Shown: positions 29,574 through 38,814, counted from the first letter of the stretch. The stretch is DNA of 64,000 bases from Spirochaetota bacterium (GCA_016934735.1 JAFGSG010000052.1:4424-68423), one strand, 5' to 3'. Notes: generated by a model not told the origin, from the letters alone. Translations and numbers: made by a program.

Positions 29574-30764
29574 ATGTCAAACGAAGCTTCTATTACAACG
29601 GCACAATCCGGACAAAAAGGACTGGGATTCTTTGAAAAATATCTGTACATCTGGGTCATTCTCTGCATTTTCGCAGGTATAATCCTCGGCAAGTCAGCTC
29701 CCGGAATCGCCATGTATCTGGACGGCCTCGCTATTTACGTGGGAGAAGCACCGGTTGTATCCATACCTATTGCCATATGTCTTTTTTTTATGATGTATCC
29801 CATTATGGTAAAGATCGATTTCACAGAGGTCATCAAAGCAGGCAAAAGCGGAAAACCTGTATTTCTTACGCTGATTATTAACTGGGCAATCAAACCATTT
29901 ACAATGTACGGGATATGCCTGTTTTTTCTCGGCACCGTATTTTATGCTTTAATCGGCCCGGATGCGATAGATCATGTGAAAATGCCTTTCGGTCTTGATC
30001 TTCCCGCGGGAGCATCCCACGGGGCAGGCACAGTCGTTATTGTTGAAGGAGTTAAGATGCTTGCGGTTCCGCTATGGCGCAGCTATCTTGCGGGCTGTAT
30101 TCTGCTGGGCATAGCCCCGTGTACGGCTATGGTCCTTGTATGGGGATTTCTGGCACGCGGCAACGACGGCCTGACCCTGGTAATGGTTGCCATTAATTCG
30201 CTTACCATGCTTATTCTGTACGGCGTGCTTGGAGGATTTTTACTCGGTGTGGGAAGGCTTCCTGTGCCATGGCAGGCGCTACTGTTATCCATAGCCATAT
30301 ATGTTGCGCTTCCTCTTGTTGCAGGTTTCCTGTCGAGAAAATGGATCATATCAGCAAAAGGTGAAAAATGGTTTAAAGAAAAATTTCTTCATGTTTTAAC
30401 GCCTGTAACGATCATCGCTCTCCTTGTCACCCTGGTACTGCTGTTCAGCTTCAAGGGGGAGGTAATTGTTGCCAAACCATTGACAATTTTATGGATCGCG
30501 ATTCCGCTATTTATTCAGACAAATCTGATTTACTGGCTCGCATACGGATTAGCGAAGCTGCTAAGACTTAAATATCAGGATGCCGCACCCGCTGCTATGA
30601 TCGGGGCTTCAAATCACTTTGAAGTTGCCATAGCAACAGCGACCATGCTTTTCGGACTTTCGTCAGGTGCGGCGCTGGCAACTGTGGTCGGCGTATTGAT
30701 TGAAGTGCCGGTAATGCTCATGCTGGTAAAGATAAGTCTTAAGACAAAGCATTGGTTCATTTAA
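29574..30764 (+). CDS. acr3: Acr3 family arsenite efflux transporter
   Basis: [26 protein letters not shown] and GVLIEVP motifs; GGAGG RBS before ATG 29574. Confidence 0.95.
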   Translation: MSNEASITTAQSGQKGLGFFEKYLYIWVILCIFAGIILGKSAPGIAMYLDGLAIYVGEAPVVSIPIAICLFFMMYPIMVKIDFTEVIKAGKSGKPVFLTLIINWAIKPFTMYGICLFFLGTVFYALIGPDAIDHVKMPFGLDLPAGASHGAGTVVIVEGVKMLAVPLWRSYLAGCILLGIAPCTAMVLVWGFLARGNDGLTLVMVAINSLTMLILYGVLGGFLLGVGRLPVPWQALLLSIAIYVALPLVAGFLSRKWIISAKGEKWFKEKFLHVLTPVTIIALLVTLVLLFSFKGEVIVAKPLTILWIAIPLFIQTNLIYWLAYGLAKLLRLKYQDAAPAAMIGASNHFEVAIATATMLFGLSSGAALATVVGVLIEVPVMLMLVKISLKTKHWFI

Positions 30765-30878
30765 AAATATTAGCAGTATTGAAACTAGATCCCGGTTATT
30801 ATAGGTTGGATTAACGGGACATTATATTACAGATAGAAATATTTTAAAAAGCTTAAATAACTATTAAGGTTAAATCAA

Positions 30879-31289
30879 ATGGGTAGACTAATTATAAAAT
30901 TTATTTTTATTACAGCGACAGCTATCCTGTCCACAGCGTTTTTTTTCTCAAAGCCATCAATACATTTTGATAACACCGAATACGATTTCGGTGAAGTTCC
31001 TGAAGACAGCTTACAGACCTGCGAGTTCGTCTTCCATAACAAGGGCAAAGGCACTCTTGTTATTGAAAAAGTTGAGGGCGGTTGAGGATGTACACCTGTC
31101 CTTCTCACTGAGAAGGAAATCCCTGCCGGCGGCAAAGGGAAAATTATGGTAGAATGGCACATTGAACGGATCCCCAAAAGGGTAAAACAAAAATCCATTC
31201 GGGATTCCGAAACCATAACGGTAATATCCAACGACCCGGAAAATAAAATGATCCGGCTCAAGATAAGAGCGACTGTGATGAAAAAATAG
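30879..31289 (+). CDS. DUF1573-like exported protein, candidate selenoprotein (UGA at 31083-85 read as Sec)
   Basis: YDFGEV...FHNKGKGTLVIEKVEGG-U-GCTPVLLTEKEIPAGGKGKI...TITVISNDPENKMIRLKIRA; the family CGC motif reads UGC; 8-bp hairpin at 31099-31117. Confidence 0.8.
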
Positions 31290-31398
31290 TTTTTATATTT
31301 ATAAGGATGCTTATCTGGAAATCTGCGCAGGTATGGGTACTGCACAAATTAATTAAAAGGATAAATAAAAATTTTTTAAAATAATTTAGGAGGTAAAT

Positions 31399-31767
31399 AT
31401 GTCGGAGAATAAAGATGATATATTACATGACGAAAAAGATAAGCAGAAGGATCCAGTTGAATCTCAGCATGAAGAGCATGGTTGAGCCGGAGGAGGATGA
31501 GCCCTCCCCACGCCGCCTGGCGGGTGGCATGTAATCCAATTCCCCGATGACACAGAGGTTCGTCTTGCGGGTCTGGACGGTATAATGTTTGAATTGTACC
31601 TAGAAGGCAGAATGGCAAATGATGAAACCGTAGAAGAGATCATCAAAAAGCTGGAAGAAAGAAAGAACTATATACCTTCCTCTGACCATGCACGAAGAGA
31701 GTATTCTTATGCTATATTAAAAGAATATAAAAATTATTTAAAAGAAAAAGCCGGTAAAAGTACCTGA
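31399..31767 (+). CDS. uncharacterised 122-aa protein, candidate double selenoprotein (UGA at 31483 and 31498)
   Basis: AGGAGGT RBS; MSENK...HEEHG-U-AGGG-U-ALPTPPGGWHVIQFPDDTEVRLAGLDGIMFELY...NYIPSS...EYSYAILKEY is one frame; GC-rich hairpins follow the UGAs. Confidence 0.7.
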
Positions 31768-31804
31768 AAATACATGAAAATTTTGCGACAGGCCGGTTTA
31801 AACC

Positions 31805-32113
31805 TTATATATCGGTTGAAAAAATATCCGTAATGTCTTTTTCCCGGTAGAGATTTCTTTTCCATGTATTAAAGGTTGGGATAATATAAGGAAGCAGCCT
31901 CATTGAATAATAGGAAGGGAAAAGCGGAAGCCCGGCAATATCACCGAATACTGTCAGCATGAGCAGGTTATTCAGCCTGTTCTTTTCTTTACTGAATTCC
32001 AGTTCCAATTCATAGACGGTCATTCCATAAAAAAACTGGTTCAGGGTTTTACGTATATTTTTAAATTTATTTTGCAGGAAAAAAAAACCGGATCTATTCA
32101 AGAAGGTTTTCAA
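31805..32113 (-). CDS. small conserved hypothetical protein (resembles CstA/ArsA-locus-associated small proteins)
   Basis: FFYGM...LMLTVFGDIAGLP..PSYYSMRLLPY...WKR pattern; family assignment recalled, not verified. Confidence 0.5.
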   Translation of the reverse strand: MKTFLNRSGFFFLQNKFKNIRKTLNQFFYGMTVYELELEFSKEKNRLNNLLMLTVFGDIAGLPLFPSYYSMRLLPYIIPTFNTWKRNLYREKDITDIFSTDI

Positions 32114-32582
32114 TCATCTCACCTGATTTATTGATTGTAAATATTTTTCCATCCAAAGACACATTGGCCAGTAAACCGGAAAAATCGGAAACATCATCAT
32201 AATGCGGTTTGATCACAAAGAATCCTCTTTTATCAATAAAACCCCATTTCTTTTCCGATCTTTGATTAATAATCATGACAGCAGCAAGACTTTCGCAAAA
32301 GCTCCGCGCTTCATCAAATTGCGGATGTATTACTGGCCTGCCTCTTTCATTAATAAAACCATATTTTTTATGAACAGAAACCAACGCAAGCCCTTCTTTA
32401 AACGGCAGGGCAGATTCGAATTGCGGCTTTATCCTGTAAGATCCTTTCTCGTCAAGATATCCCCATTTCCCGTTCTGAGCCTTTTGAGGAGTCAGCGTAA
32501 TAATGCCGCTGTTATAATTAGCGGCAAGTATATTTAATGTGGAAATAAGATATATAGAAACAAACAGGAAACGTCTTATCAT
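32094..32582 (-). CDS. WG (KWG Leptospira-type) repeat protein
   Basis: GKWGYLD, FKEGLA, KYGFIN and KWGFID repeats; signal peptide. Confidence 0.9.
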   Translation of the reverse strand: MIRRFLFVSIYLISTLNILAANYNSGIITLTPQKAQNGKWGYLDEKGSYRIKPQFESALPFKEGLALVSVHKKYGFINERGRPVIHPQFDEARSFCESLAAVMIINQRSEKKWGFIDKRGFFVIKPHYDDVSDFSGLLANVSLDGKIFTINKSGEMIENLLE

Positions 32583-32689
32583 CTCTGTCCTCCCGAAAGT
32601 AAAAGGAGATAATGCTCCTGACTGTATTTTTTGTCCAGTAAAATTTTGATTACCAGTTCTAAGTCGGCTTTCGGTTTATCAAAAATAAT

Positions 32690-33544
32690 TTATTTTTTCT
32701 TAGCAGCAATAATTTTCTCCACGATCTGAGAAAAATTCTGCTGAGAGATGCTGCCGGACGATTTTCCTGCAAAAGGTTTTCCTGAATCTCCGTTCTCAGT
32801 TATCTGAGCTTCAAGCGGGATGCTTCCCAGAAACGTAAGACCCATATCATTTGCCATTCGGCTTCCCCCGCCGGTTTTAAATATATCGGTTGTTTTTCCG
32901 CAATGAGGGCAGACAAAGCCGCTCATGTTCTCTACAACGCCAAGTATCGGCAGGTTTAATTTTCTGCAGAAGGTAACGGATTTGCGCACATCAGAAAGTG
33001 CGACATCCTGAGGGGTAGTAACAATAATTGCGCTCCTCGGATTTTCAATAAGCTGGCATATTGATAAAGGCTCATCACCTGTTCCTGGAGGCGAGTCAAC
33101 CACTAAATAATCGAGATTACCCCATTCTACATCCTTCAGAAACTGTTTTATTATGCTGTACTTTAAAGGCCCGCGCCAAATAACTGCGTCATCGCTGTTA
33201 TTAAGCATAAATCCTATCGACATTACTTTTAAGTATTCGCTGTAACTCACCGGCATTATTCTTTCTTCATTCCCCTGCAGGGTTCTATTCTCGATACCGA
33301 GCAGCTTCGGTACACTCGGGCCGTGGATGTCAATATCGAGAAGCCCTGTTTTATATTTTTTCTCTGCCAGAGAAACAGCGAGGTTAACTGCAACCGTACT
33401 CTTGCCTACACCGCCTTTGCCGGAAAGCACTATTAATTTATTCTCGATCTTAGCCATATTGCTGCGAAGCGCTTCGTTTTCTTCAGCTTCTTTATTCTGC
33501 GCTTCCGCATCGGATGATGCTTTCATATTATTTTTTTCAGACAT
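32690..33544 (-). CDS. Mrp/NBP35 (ApbC) Fe-S carrier ATPase
   Basis: SGKGGVGKS, DIDIHGPS, WRGP, DSPPGTGDE and ENMSGFVCPHC motifs. Confidence 0.95.
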   Translation of the reverse strand: MSEKNNMKASSDAEAQNKEAEENEALRSNMAKIENKLIVLSGKGGVGKSTVAVNLAVSLAEKKYKTGLLDIDIHGPSVPKLLGIENRTLQGNEERIMPVSYSEYLKVMSIGFMLNNSDDAVIWRGPLKYSIIKQFLKDVEWGNLDYLVVDSPPGTGDEPLSICQLIENPRSAIIVTTPQDVALSDVRKSVTFCRKLNLPILGVVENMSGFVCPHCGKTTDIFKTGGGSRMANDMGLTFLGSIPLEAQITENGDSGKPFAGKSSGSISQQNFSQIVEKIIAAKKK

Positions 33545-33572
33545 AATATACTCCAATTATAATTTAAATTTA

Positions 33573-33953
33573 TTATAAATTTTTATTTTTATCCCAATAA
33601 TTCATGATGGCATTTTTAAGCCCTGTGGCTCCGAGATTCGAACAATGCTGTTTGTGATCCGGCAATCCGTCAAGCGCATTTATAATGTCCTCATCACTTA
33701 TCATCACTGCGTCTTCAATGTTTTGCCCAATCGCGAGTTCCGTCATTACGCTTGCACAGGCGATAGATGCGGGACATCCATGTATAAGGTATTTCACATC
33801 AGCTATATTATCACTATCTATTTTAATATATACACGTAAAAAATCGCCGCAGTTAGAGTCCCCGGCCTCTCCAATACCGTCAGCCTCTTCAATTGTTCCA
33901 GCGTTTCTCGGTTTTTTAAAATGTTCATATACTTTGTCGCTGTATTCATTCAT
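33573..33953 (-). CDS. IscU/NifU N-terminal-like scaffold protein
   Basis: HFKKPRNAG, CGD, GCPASIA and KQHCSNL motifs. Confidence 0.92.
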   Translation of the reverse strand: MNEYSDKVYEHFKKPRNAGTIEEADGIGEAGDSNCGDFLRVYIKIDSDNIADVKYLIHGCPASIACASVMTELAIGQNIEDAVMISDEDIINALDGLPDHKQHCSNLGATGLKNAIMNYWDKNKNL

Positions 33954-34011
33954 CTTTTTCTATTTCCTCATGCACCTTTATTATTATGATGAATTTTCTC
34001 CTGTAACATAA

Positions 34012-34854
34012 TCAAAATTCAAAAACCGACCCCGCAGAAGCAAGGCGGAATTTTTCTTTAAATTCCTTTGCGAATAAGCATTCGATGTTAAACCCGGTAC
34101 AATGTGAAGGAGCAATTATTTTTACTTTGTACTGTTTTACAGATTCAAATGCTTTTGCAACATATTCCTTCGGCGCTGTTCCAAGATGAGTGCCTCCGAT
34201 TACCGCAAAAAATTCCTTGTATCCGGTATGGGATGAAATATCATCCAGAATCTCGATTATGCCAGCATGAGCGCACCCGAGAAGCACTACAGGACCGGAA
34301 TCCGTCTCCAGTAAAAGCGAAAGATCATCCAAAAAAGGATCGTCCATTATGGTGTCATTAATCTTCTGTTTAAGGCGCGCATCCCAGCATTTCCAGCCTG
34401 AAGGACGCTTTATTTCAGAAATAGCTGAAAGATTTTTTGTTACAGGGAAATAACCATTAATTAAATTAAATTCAGCTCCCGCTTTTTCGTAATCCATACG
34501 TTCTTTCGGCAATCCGATATATCTCTCAATTAATGTACCGCTTTCCGTATGATGAGCGTATTTGCCGTTGAATATGGCCGGATGTGCGAATACCAGTATA
34601 TTACTGCCGTGGTCTTCCAGTACTGAGAATAGTCCGCCGGTATGATCATAATGGCCATGGCTCAGAATAATGCGCTGTATCGCCCTTACATCTTTTCCCA
34701 TCACAGTCATATTATTTATGATTCCGAGCCCCTGGCCTGTATCGAACAACGTAACATCTTCATTCTCAATAAAAAACGAAAGTCCGTGCTCCGCAATAAG
34801 CCTGAAAGGGGCATATACACTGTTTTCGCATAGAACCGTAATTCTTGTCTTCAT
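34012..34854 (-). CDS. MBL-fold metallo-hydrolase (COG1237-like)
   Basis: EHGLS, LFDTG, SHGHYDHTGG, GCAH, GGTHL and HCTG motifs. Confidence 0.9.
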   Translation of the reverse strand: MKTRITVLCENSVYAPFRLIAEHGLSFFIENEDVTLFDTGQGLGIINNMTVMGKDVRAIQRIILSHGHYDHTGGLFSVLEDHGSNILVFAHPAIFNGKYAHHTESGTLIERYIGLPKERMDYEKAGAEFNLINGYFPVTKNLSAISEIKRPSGWKCWDARLKQKINDTIMDDPFLDDLSLLLETDSGPVVLLGCAHAGIIEILDDISSHTGYKEFFAVIGGTHLGTAPKEYVAKAFESVKQYKVKIIAPSHCTGFNIECLFAKEFKEKFRLASAGSVFEF

Positions 34855-34859
34855 GTCTC

Positions 34860-35285
34860 TTACTGCTGCTTAATAATATCAGATCTGCAGCCTCTCTGAC
34901 GTTTCTTCCGGCCGCATCCGCCGGGACCACCATTACGTAACGATTTAAGCCCGCCTTTAAGATACTGGTCAATAACATTATCTGCCGGGCCGCTTATCCA
35001 TGAAATGAGACGCAGACCTTTTTCACGAATAAGCTCGGATACAAAACTGCTTACAGCACCGCCGATAATTACAGATACGCCTATTTCCTTAAGCTTATCT
35101 ATCCTCTGCGTTTCGTCTTCAGGATGTATATCAGCTATGATTTTCTGCTTGATCTCGCCTTCCAGAATCTCGTACACCGCGAATTTTTTCGCAACATCGA
35201 GCAAAGGAGAGACCCGCTCCTGATATACCGGTACTGCTACCATTTCATGTTTCATACTGATTAAATTCTCTTTATTTTTTGCCAT
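34860..35285 (-). CDS. NifB/NifX family protein
   Basis: VAVPVYQERVSPLLDVA...GVSVIIGGA motifs; basic Cys-containing tail. Confidence 0.8.
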   Translation of the reverse strand: MAKNKENLISMKHEMVAVPVYQERVSPLLDVAKKFAVYEILEGEIKQKIIADIHPEDETQRIDKLKEIGVSVIIGGAVSSFVSELIREKGLRLISWISGPADNVIDQYLKGGLKSLRNGGPGGCGRKKRQRGCRSDIIKQQ

Positions 35286-35413
35286 AAGGGCATATCCTGC
35301 TTAAAGCCTATTCCGGCAGAAATTATCCCGTATATAAAATATTTTTTTATACTGCCGGATCGATTTCCAAATCCGGCTGAAAGTGACGTTAATTATTAAT
35401 CTTATTGACCGTT

Positions 35414-35749
35414 TTAATGGTCGCATGTATTGCCGCCGGTCTGCAATGTGCCTTTCAGATATTGTTCTACAATTTCTTTAGCAGATCCTCCCGCTGCCCC
35501 GGTTATTACTTTAATCCCATTCTCGGTAAAAAGCTGCTGAGCACGGCTTCCCATGCCACCAGCAATGACGCAATTAACGCCTTTTTCGGACAGCCACCTG
35601 GGCAAAAGCCCTGGTTCATGAGCCGGCGGTATTACACTGCTTTCATTCACTAATTTTCCATCAGAGTCCGTATCAATAAGCGCAAAAGTCTCACAATGGC
35701 CGAAATGAGCGCAAAGAACTCCATTATAAGTTGGTACTGCAAATTTCAT
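35414..35749 (-). CDS. NifB/NifX family protein
   Basis: HFGHCETF, PPAHEPG, GGMGSRA and NTCDH motifs. Confidence 0.9.
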   Translation of the reverse strand: MKFAVPTYNGVLCAHFGHCETFALIDTDSDGKLVNESSVIPPAHEPGLLPRWLSEKGVNCVIAGGMGSRAQQLFTENGIKVITGAAGGSAKEIVEQYLKGTLQTGGNTCDH

Positions 35750-35803
35750 TTAATCCTCCAGATTTTTCTTTTTTTTATATTATTTAAAATACTTTTAAAA
35801 GAC

Positions 35804-36688
35804 TTACATATCCCCTATAATCAATTCTATTCTCTTAAAAATGTCTTTTATTGCTATACTTGCTCCGCATTCGCTTTTGTAGTCGACAATTGATTTACCA
35901 GCTCTCTGTGCTTCGGTAACTGCAGAATCAAAAGGAATTTCACCAATAAAATCAAGATTATTCAGACTGCAATAATCTTTTATTTTATTCAACAGCCCGG
36001 GATTGATATCGAATTTATTTACTACAACGGCAGTTTTAATTTTAAAATGATTCGCCAGACCGACAATGCGTTCAAGGTCATGGACGCCTGCTGGTGTAGG
36101 TTCAGTTATAACTATCACGAGCTTTGTTCCTGTTACCGATGAGATAACAGGACATCCTATTCCCGGAGGGCCGTCTATTATAACAAGGCCTATATCCGCT
36201 GATTTTGCTTCAATCCTGGCTTCGTTTCGTACTGCAGAGACAAGTTTGCCGGAATTATCCTCCCCGGGATGCATCTCCGCATAGACAAAACGTTCGTTGT
36301 TTCCGGTGTCCGTTACATACCATGTACCGGCTGTGCCTTCAGTAATATTTACTGCACAGTGCGGGCATAGAGCAAAACAGGCACCGCATCCCTCGCACAT
36401 AAAAGGGTCAATAACAAAATCCGGGGATATCGCTTCAAAGCGGCATGCATCTAGGCATATACCGCATTTGGTACAGAGTTCAGGATCAATATCCGCTTTT
36501 TTACCTCCGGCAAAATCGCTTTGACGGACTACCTTTTCCGGATTAAGAATCAAATGCAGATTTGCCGCATCCACATCGCAATCAACCATAACTTTGCCTG
36601 TAAAAAGCGAAGCAAGCGCTGCAGTCAAAGAAGTTTTGCCTGTGCCTCCTTTGCCGCTGACAATGACTATTTCATTTATCTTTTTCAT
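35804..36688 (-). CDS. MinD-type P-loop ATPase with inserted ferredoxin (COG1149)
   Basis: SGKGGTGKT, DCDVDA, two CxxCxxCxxxC clusters, DGPPGIGCP and EPTP motifs. Confidence 0.92.
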   Translation of the reverse strand: MKKINEIVIVSGKGGTGKTSLTAALASLFTGKVMVDCDVDAANLHLILNPEKVVRQSDFAGGKKADIDPELCTKCGICLDACRFEAISPDFVIDPFMCEGCGACFALCPHCAVNITEGTAGTWYVTDTGNNERFVYAEMHPGEDNSGKLVSAVRNEARIEAKSADIGLVIIDGPPGIGCPVISSVTGTKLVIVITEPTPAGVHDLERIVGLANHFKIKTAVVVNKFDINPGLLNKIKDYCSLNNLDFIGEIPFDSAVTEAQRAGKSIVDYKSECGASIAIKDIFKRIELIIGDM

Positions 36689-36698
36689 ATTTAATATT

Positions 36699-37553
36699 TT
36701 ACAAACTTTTCCCTGTTAATTTCATTATATTATCAGCCAGTATTTTAAAATGATCTCTATATCCGGGAAGCGAAATTAATAACAACTCCCCCCTGGAATA
36801 TGCTTCTGCTATGTCTCTGTCCTCAGGTACACTCATAAGAACAGGAATGTCTTCTTGATCAAGATATTCTTTTAAAGGCGGATATTCCCCATCCCTGTTA
36901 ATAACCACACCGAAGAGTTTGCTCATATTAATAGCCACTGACATTGCGATTTTTAAATCGTGAAGGCCGAACGGGGTTGGTTCAGTTACAAACACAACAA
37001 AATCAGCATCCGTAATTGTCTTTACTACAGGACATGAAGTGCCAGGCGGTGCATCAATGATCCTTATATAATCTTCTTTAAAATTTTTCTTCACCGCTGT
37101 TATAACCGGCACAGCCATGGGCTCCCCCACATTGAGTACTCCCTGAACAAAGCTTATACCGTTTACAGTACTACCCTCTTCAATAAAACCGATTTCGCGT
37201 TGCTCTTCACTAATGGCTTTTTCCGGGCATATCCTGACACATAATGCGCATCCATGGCACAATTCCTGGAAGACCAAAACTTTATCTTTTATAGTTACTA
37301 TAGCATTAAATCTGCACTCTGCGCTGCATCTTCCGCAAAAATTACACTTATCCAGATCGACAGAAGGAACCATAACCTTGACTGCCGTTTTATTGTCATA
37401 ATCCGGCTTTAGGAAAAGATGCCCGTTAGGCTCTTCCACATCGCAGTCAAGATACTGCACTTTCTTTCCGGATTCGGCAAGATAATATGCTAAGTTGACC
37501 GCGATGGTCGTCTTCCCTGTGCCTCCTTTACCGCTCGCAAATACTATTTTCAT
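36699..37553 (-). CDS. MinD-type P-loop ATPase with inserted ferredoxin (COG1149)
   Basis: SGKGGTGKTT, DCDVEEPN, two ferredoxin motifs, DAPPGTSCP and EPTPFGLHD. Confidence 0.92.
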   Translation of the reverse strand: MKIVFASGKGGTGKTTIAVNLAYYLAESGKKVQYLDCDVEEPNGHLFLKPDYDNKTAVKVMVPSVDLDKCNFCGRCSAECRFNAIVTIKDKVLVFQELCHGCALCVRICPEKAISEEQREIGFIEEGSTVNGISFVQGVLNVGEPMAVPVITAVKKNFKEDYIRIIDAPPGTSCPVVKTITDADFVVFVTEPTPFGLHDLKIAMSVAINMSKLFGVVINRDGEYPPLKEYLDQEDIPVLMSVPEDRDIAEAYSRGELLLISLPGYRDHFKILADNIMKLTGKSL

Positions 37554-37613
37554 GGATTTTCTTATCTTTTGTTTTAATTTTTTTACAGACAGATTATATA
37601 TAATATTATCGCT

Positions 37614-37970
37614 TTACCAGTGCCCTTCTACATCAGACCCTGTTAATTTTATAAGCTTTCCGTTCCTGTAAGCCTCAATCGCTTCCTTTACGGTAATGTT
37701 TGATGCAGCAAATGCCTCGATGCCGGCGGCATTGAGTACACGGAAAGCGTTGGGTCCTAAATGCCCTGATATCACCACTTTCACGCCAGCATCAATTATA
37801 TTCTGCGCAGTTTGAATGCCTGCTCCCTGTGAGGCGCTCATATTCAATTTGTTGTCAATAACATTGATGTTTTGTTTTTCAGAATCATATAAAATTATTT
37901 TCTTCGCTCGGCCGAATCTTTCGTCCAGTCCACCTTCTATTGTCCCATCTATGCTTGTTATTGCTATCAT
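37614..37970 (-). CDS. NifB/NifX family protein (orange-protein-like)
   Basis: RFGRA, GAGIQTAQ and GHLGPNAF motifs; C-terminal GHW. Confidence 0.88.
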   Translation of the reverse strand: MIAITSIDGTIEGGLDERFGRAKKIILYDSEKQNINVIDNKLNMSASQGAGIQTAQNIIDAGVKVVISGHLGPNAFRVLNAAGIEAFAASNITVKEAIEAYRNGKLIKLTGSDVEGHW

Positions 37971-38020
37971 TATCTTGTCTCCCTTTAAATTCCAGATTAT
38001 TAAGTTGTAATAACATTAGA

Positions 38021-38036
38021 TGCACGATGTGTGCCA
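38021..38036 (-). promoter_or_regulatory. sigma54 (-24/-12) promoter
   Basis: Minus strand reads TGGCAC-ACATC-GTGCA, about 50 bp upstream of the first gene of the cluster. Confidence 0.7.
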
Positions 38037-38192
38037 AAAACAATTTTATCTTAAAAATTCAAAAAATTTTAAGCATTATCGAAGATAATTAAAAAATTTT
38101 CAATTTTTGCTGGAATTTAACGGCAATAAAAAAAATCGACTTGCGGATTATTATGAATTTGAAGAAAAATAAATAATTGAATAAGCATTAAA

Positions 38193-38241
38193 TACTGCAA
38201 AATGCAATATAAATTATAACTTTGTATTGCAAAATGCAATA
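38193..38241. promoter_or_regulatory. tandem 17-bp palindromic upstream activator sites
   Basis: TACTGCAAAATGCAATA (38193) and TATTGCAAAATGCAATA (38225), 32 bp apart and about 160-200 bp upstream of the sigma54 site. Confidence 0.6.
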
Positions 38242-38310
38242 ACATATTAAACTATTTTAACAATGAATCTATTGAAAGATAACCATTATGAGCTAAAAAA
38301 TATTCGGGTA

Positions 38311-38694
38311 CTACTTTTTTCTGCTGCAGTTTTTACATATTCCCAGGAAAAAAAGTATATGCCTTGTAACATTAAAATGGAAATTAGCATTAATATCCTT
38401 TTCAATTTTATTCAGGCCGCAATAAGGGACAGCGAAAAAACTATGGCATTCTTCGCAATGTAAATAATGCACATGTTTTTTCCCGGTATGATAATACCGC
38501 ATCTGTCCGCAATGGCAGGGGAAAGAGATGGATTTTATTTTTCCGGATGATTCCAAATATTCCAGAGCCCTGTATACGGTTGATAGATCGAAATTATTAT
38601 TTTCTGAATGTATTTCTTTAACACTTAGCGGGACACCTCTGTCATCGAGCAAATTAATTATTCCTTCCCTGAATTCCGATAACCTGGGTCTCAT
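38311..38694 (-). CDS. Fur family regulator, probably Zur
   Basis: STVYRAL, HVHYLHCEEC and GICKNC motifs; divergent from znuACB. Confidence 0.85.
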   Translation of the reverse strand: MRPRLSEFREGIINLLDDRGVPLSVKEIHSENNNFDLSTVYRALEYLESSGKIKSISFPCHCGQMRYYHTGKKHVHYLHCEECHSFFAVPYCGLNKIEKDINANFHFNVTRHILFFLGICKNCSRKK

Positions 38695-38791
38695 AATGAA
38701 AACCTGTTTCTTAATATATAAAGCAACAATAACTTTTTAATTTTTTTATTGTTTTATCTAATTCTAATGAATAGTCAATAAAAAATTACTG

Positions 38792-38814
38792 AAAACGCAA
38801 ATTATTTGCGTTTT
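38792..38814. promoter_or_regulatory. Zur-box-like 11-1-11 palindrome
   Basis: Perfect AAAACGCAAAT-T-ATTTGCGTTTT between the Fur-family gene and znuA. Confidence 0.7.

Noticed and set aside
30875-31646. Minus-strand ORFs 30875-31345, 31376-31618 and 31464-31646
   Set aside because: They are antisense shadows of the two plus-strand UGA-readthrough genes and have no recognisable motifs.
33573-37970. Nitrogen fixation cluster
   Set aside because: NifX-like and NifU-like domains only; no nifHDK in the window.
38193-38241. CRISPR-like direct repeat
   Set aside because: Only two 17-bp copies with a 15-bp gap and no cas genes; better explained as activator sites.
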